From Bacteroidota bacterium (GTDB lineage: Bacteria; Bacteroidota; Bacteroidia; AKYH767-A; OLB10): a stretch of 64,000 bases of DNA. The stretch lies in assembly GCA_016717325.1 (NCBI GenBank), contig JADKFV010000002.1:135661-199660 (forward strand), read 5' to 3'. Positions 63,537 through 64,000 of the stretch are shown piece by piece. Position numbers and translations under genes: made by a program. The first letter of the stretch is position 1. Each line of letters starts with the position of its first letter. Under the pieces are notes generated by a model, which was given only the letters and a program-made list of their open reading frames with translations, was not told the DNA's origin and searched no databases.

Positions 63537-64000
63537 TTAAAATGTCATGTTAAATATTAAACCAAATTGATTAATCCCAAAGTCGGCAGTTGTTTTAAGT
63601 TTATCGGTAAATGTGCTTTGCTGATACAGGCCACATAAATAAATTTTTGATGTGAAATTATACCGCAAACCACCTGCAACTAGCTGTTGTTTTATTTTGT
63701 AATTTACAGGATTGAAATAAGTAATTACATCGTATGAATTTCGGTCGGCTTTATATTCGTTGCCATCATTTTCCTGGCTGATGTATCCTCCAAGTAATTC
63801 GAAATTGGAAGCAAATTCCCATCTAAGCCCTGCACTTAATTGCATGGATTGTAAATCTATTTTTTCAATTTCCTGTTCACTGCTTCTTATAGTTTGCTGC
63901 ATGTTGCCACCTATTTGAACCGATAAAACTTTGGTGCTGTTTATTAATTTATTAATTGGAAAATTTGCATTCATTTTATAAATGCTGAACTGTTTCAACG
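63537..64000 (-). CDS. Partial gene (its 5' end is probably outside the window) for an outer-membrane beta-barrel-like protein.
   Basis: C-terminal ...GLIFNMTF has a terminal aromatic residue typical of OM beta-barrels. The ORF reaches the window edge. Confidence 0.35.
   Translation of the reverse strand, partial: LKQFSIYKMNANFPINKLINSTKVLSVQIGGNMQQTIRSSEQEIEKIDLQSMQLSAGLRWEFASNFELLGGYISQENDGNEYKADRNSYDVITYFNPVNYKIKQQLVAGGLRYNFTSKIYLCGLYQQSTFTDKLKTTADFGINQFGLIFNMTF

Overview
This 64-kb window looks like a Bacteroidota chromosomal segment, probably Flavobacteriia, Cytophagia or Sphingobacteriia. The evidence is AT-rich DNA, SusC/SusD pairs, many proteins ending in type-IX-secretion (T9SS) C-terminal sorting domains, and SprB-type repeats. 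It has five main parts. (1) Positions 264-15179 hold a roughly 15-kb gene for a giant SprB-repeat surface adhesin. Its core is about 27 near-identical 450-bp tandem repeats. The reading frame is broken at several places. (2) Positions 15.9-37 kb are a mixed block. It holds at least four further T9SS cargo proteins: a BNR-repeat protein, an M4 metalloprotease with P-domain and SprB repeats, a protein with a thioredoxin-like CGPC motif, and an S8 subtilase. Also in this block are a TlpA-like oxidoreductase, a POT peptide transporter, a GH16 glucanase, cutC and carA. A PIN-type toxin-antitoxin cassette sits between two copies of a 66-bp terminator-containing repeat, next to an ABC-ATPase gene remnant. 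An esterase and an SDR gene follow. (3) Positions 37.3-42.4 kb hold an ECF sigma, anti-sigma and periplasmic protein module, preceded by an unusual 0.5-kb low-complexity inverted-repeat intergenic region. Then come a transketolase C-terminal subunit, a second POT transporter and an alkyltransferase-like (ATL) protein. (4) Positions 42.5-52.6 kb are a Sus-like polysaccharide-utilisation locus: SusC, SusD, a GH13 alpha-amylase, then a CUT2-type ABC sugar importer. (5) Positions 53-64 kb hold two more T9SS cargo proteins, one with about 8 near-identical 170-aa repeats and one with three CBM20/48-like modules. These are followed by the tail of a beta-glucan utilisation locus: GH16, GH3 and lipoproteins. 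No rRNA, tRNA, CRISPR, transposase or integrase was recognised. One strong caveat applies throughout. At least eight otherwise conserved genes carry frameshifts (the PIN toxin has an in-frame TAA instead). Several of these fall in homopolymer runs, and two stretches (about 2060-2520 and 55700-55940) look like garbled low-quality sequence. Most of the gene disruptions are therefore probably assembly or sequencing artefacts rather than real pseudogenes.
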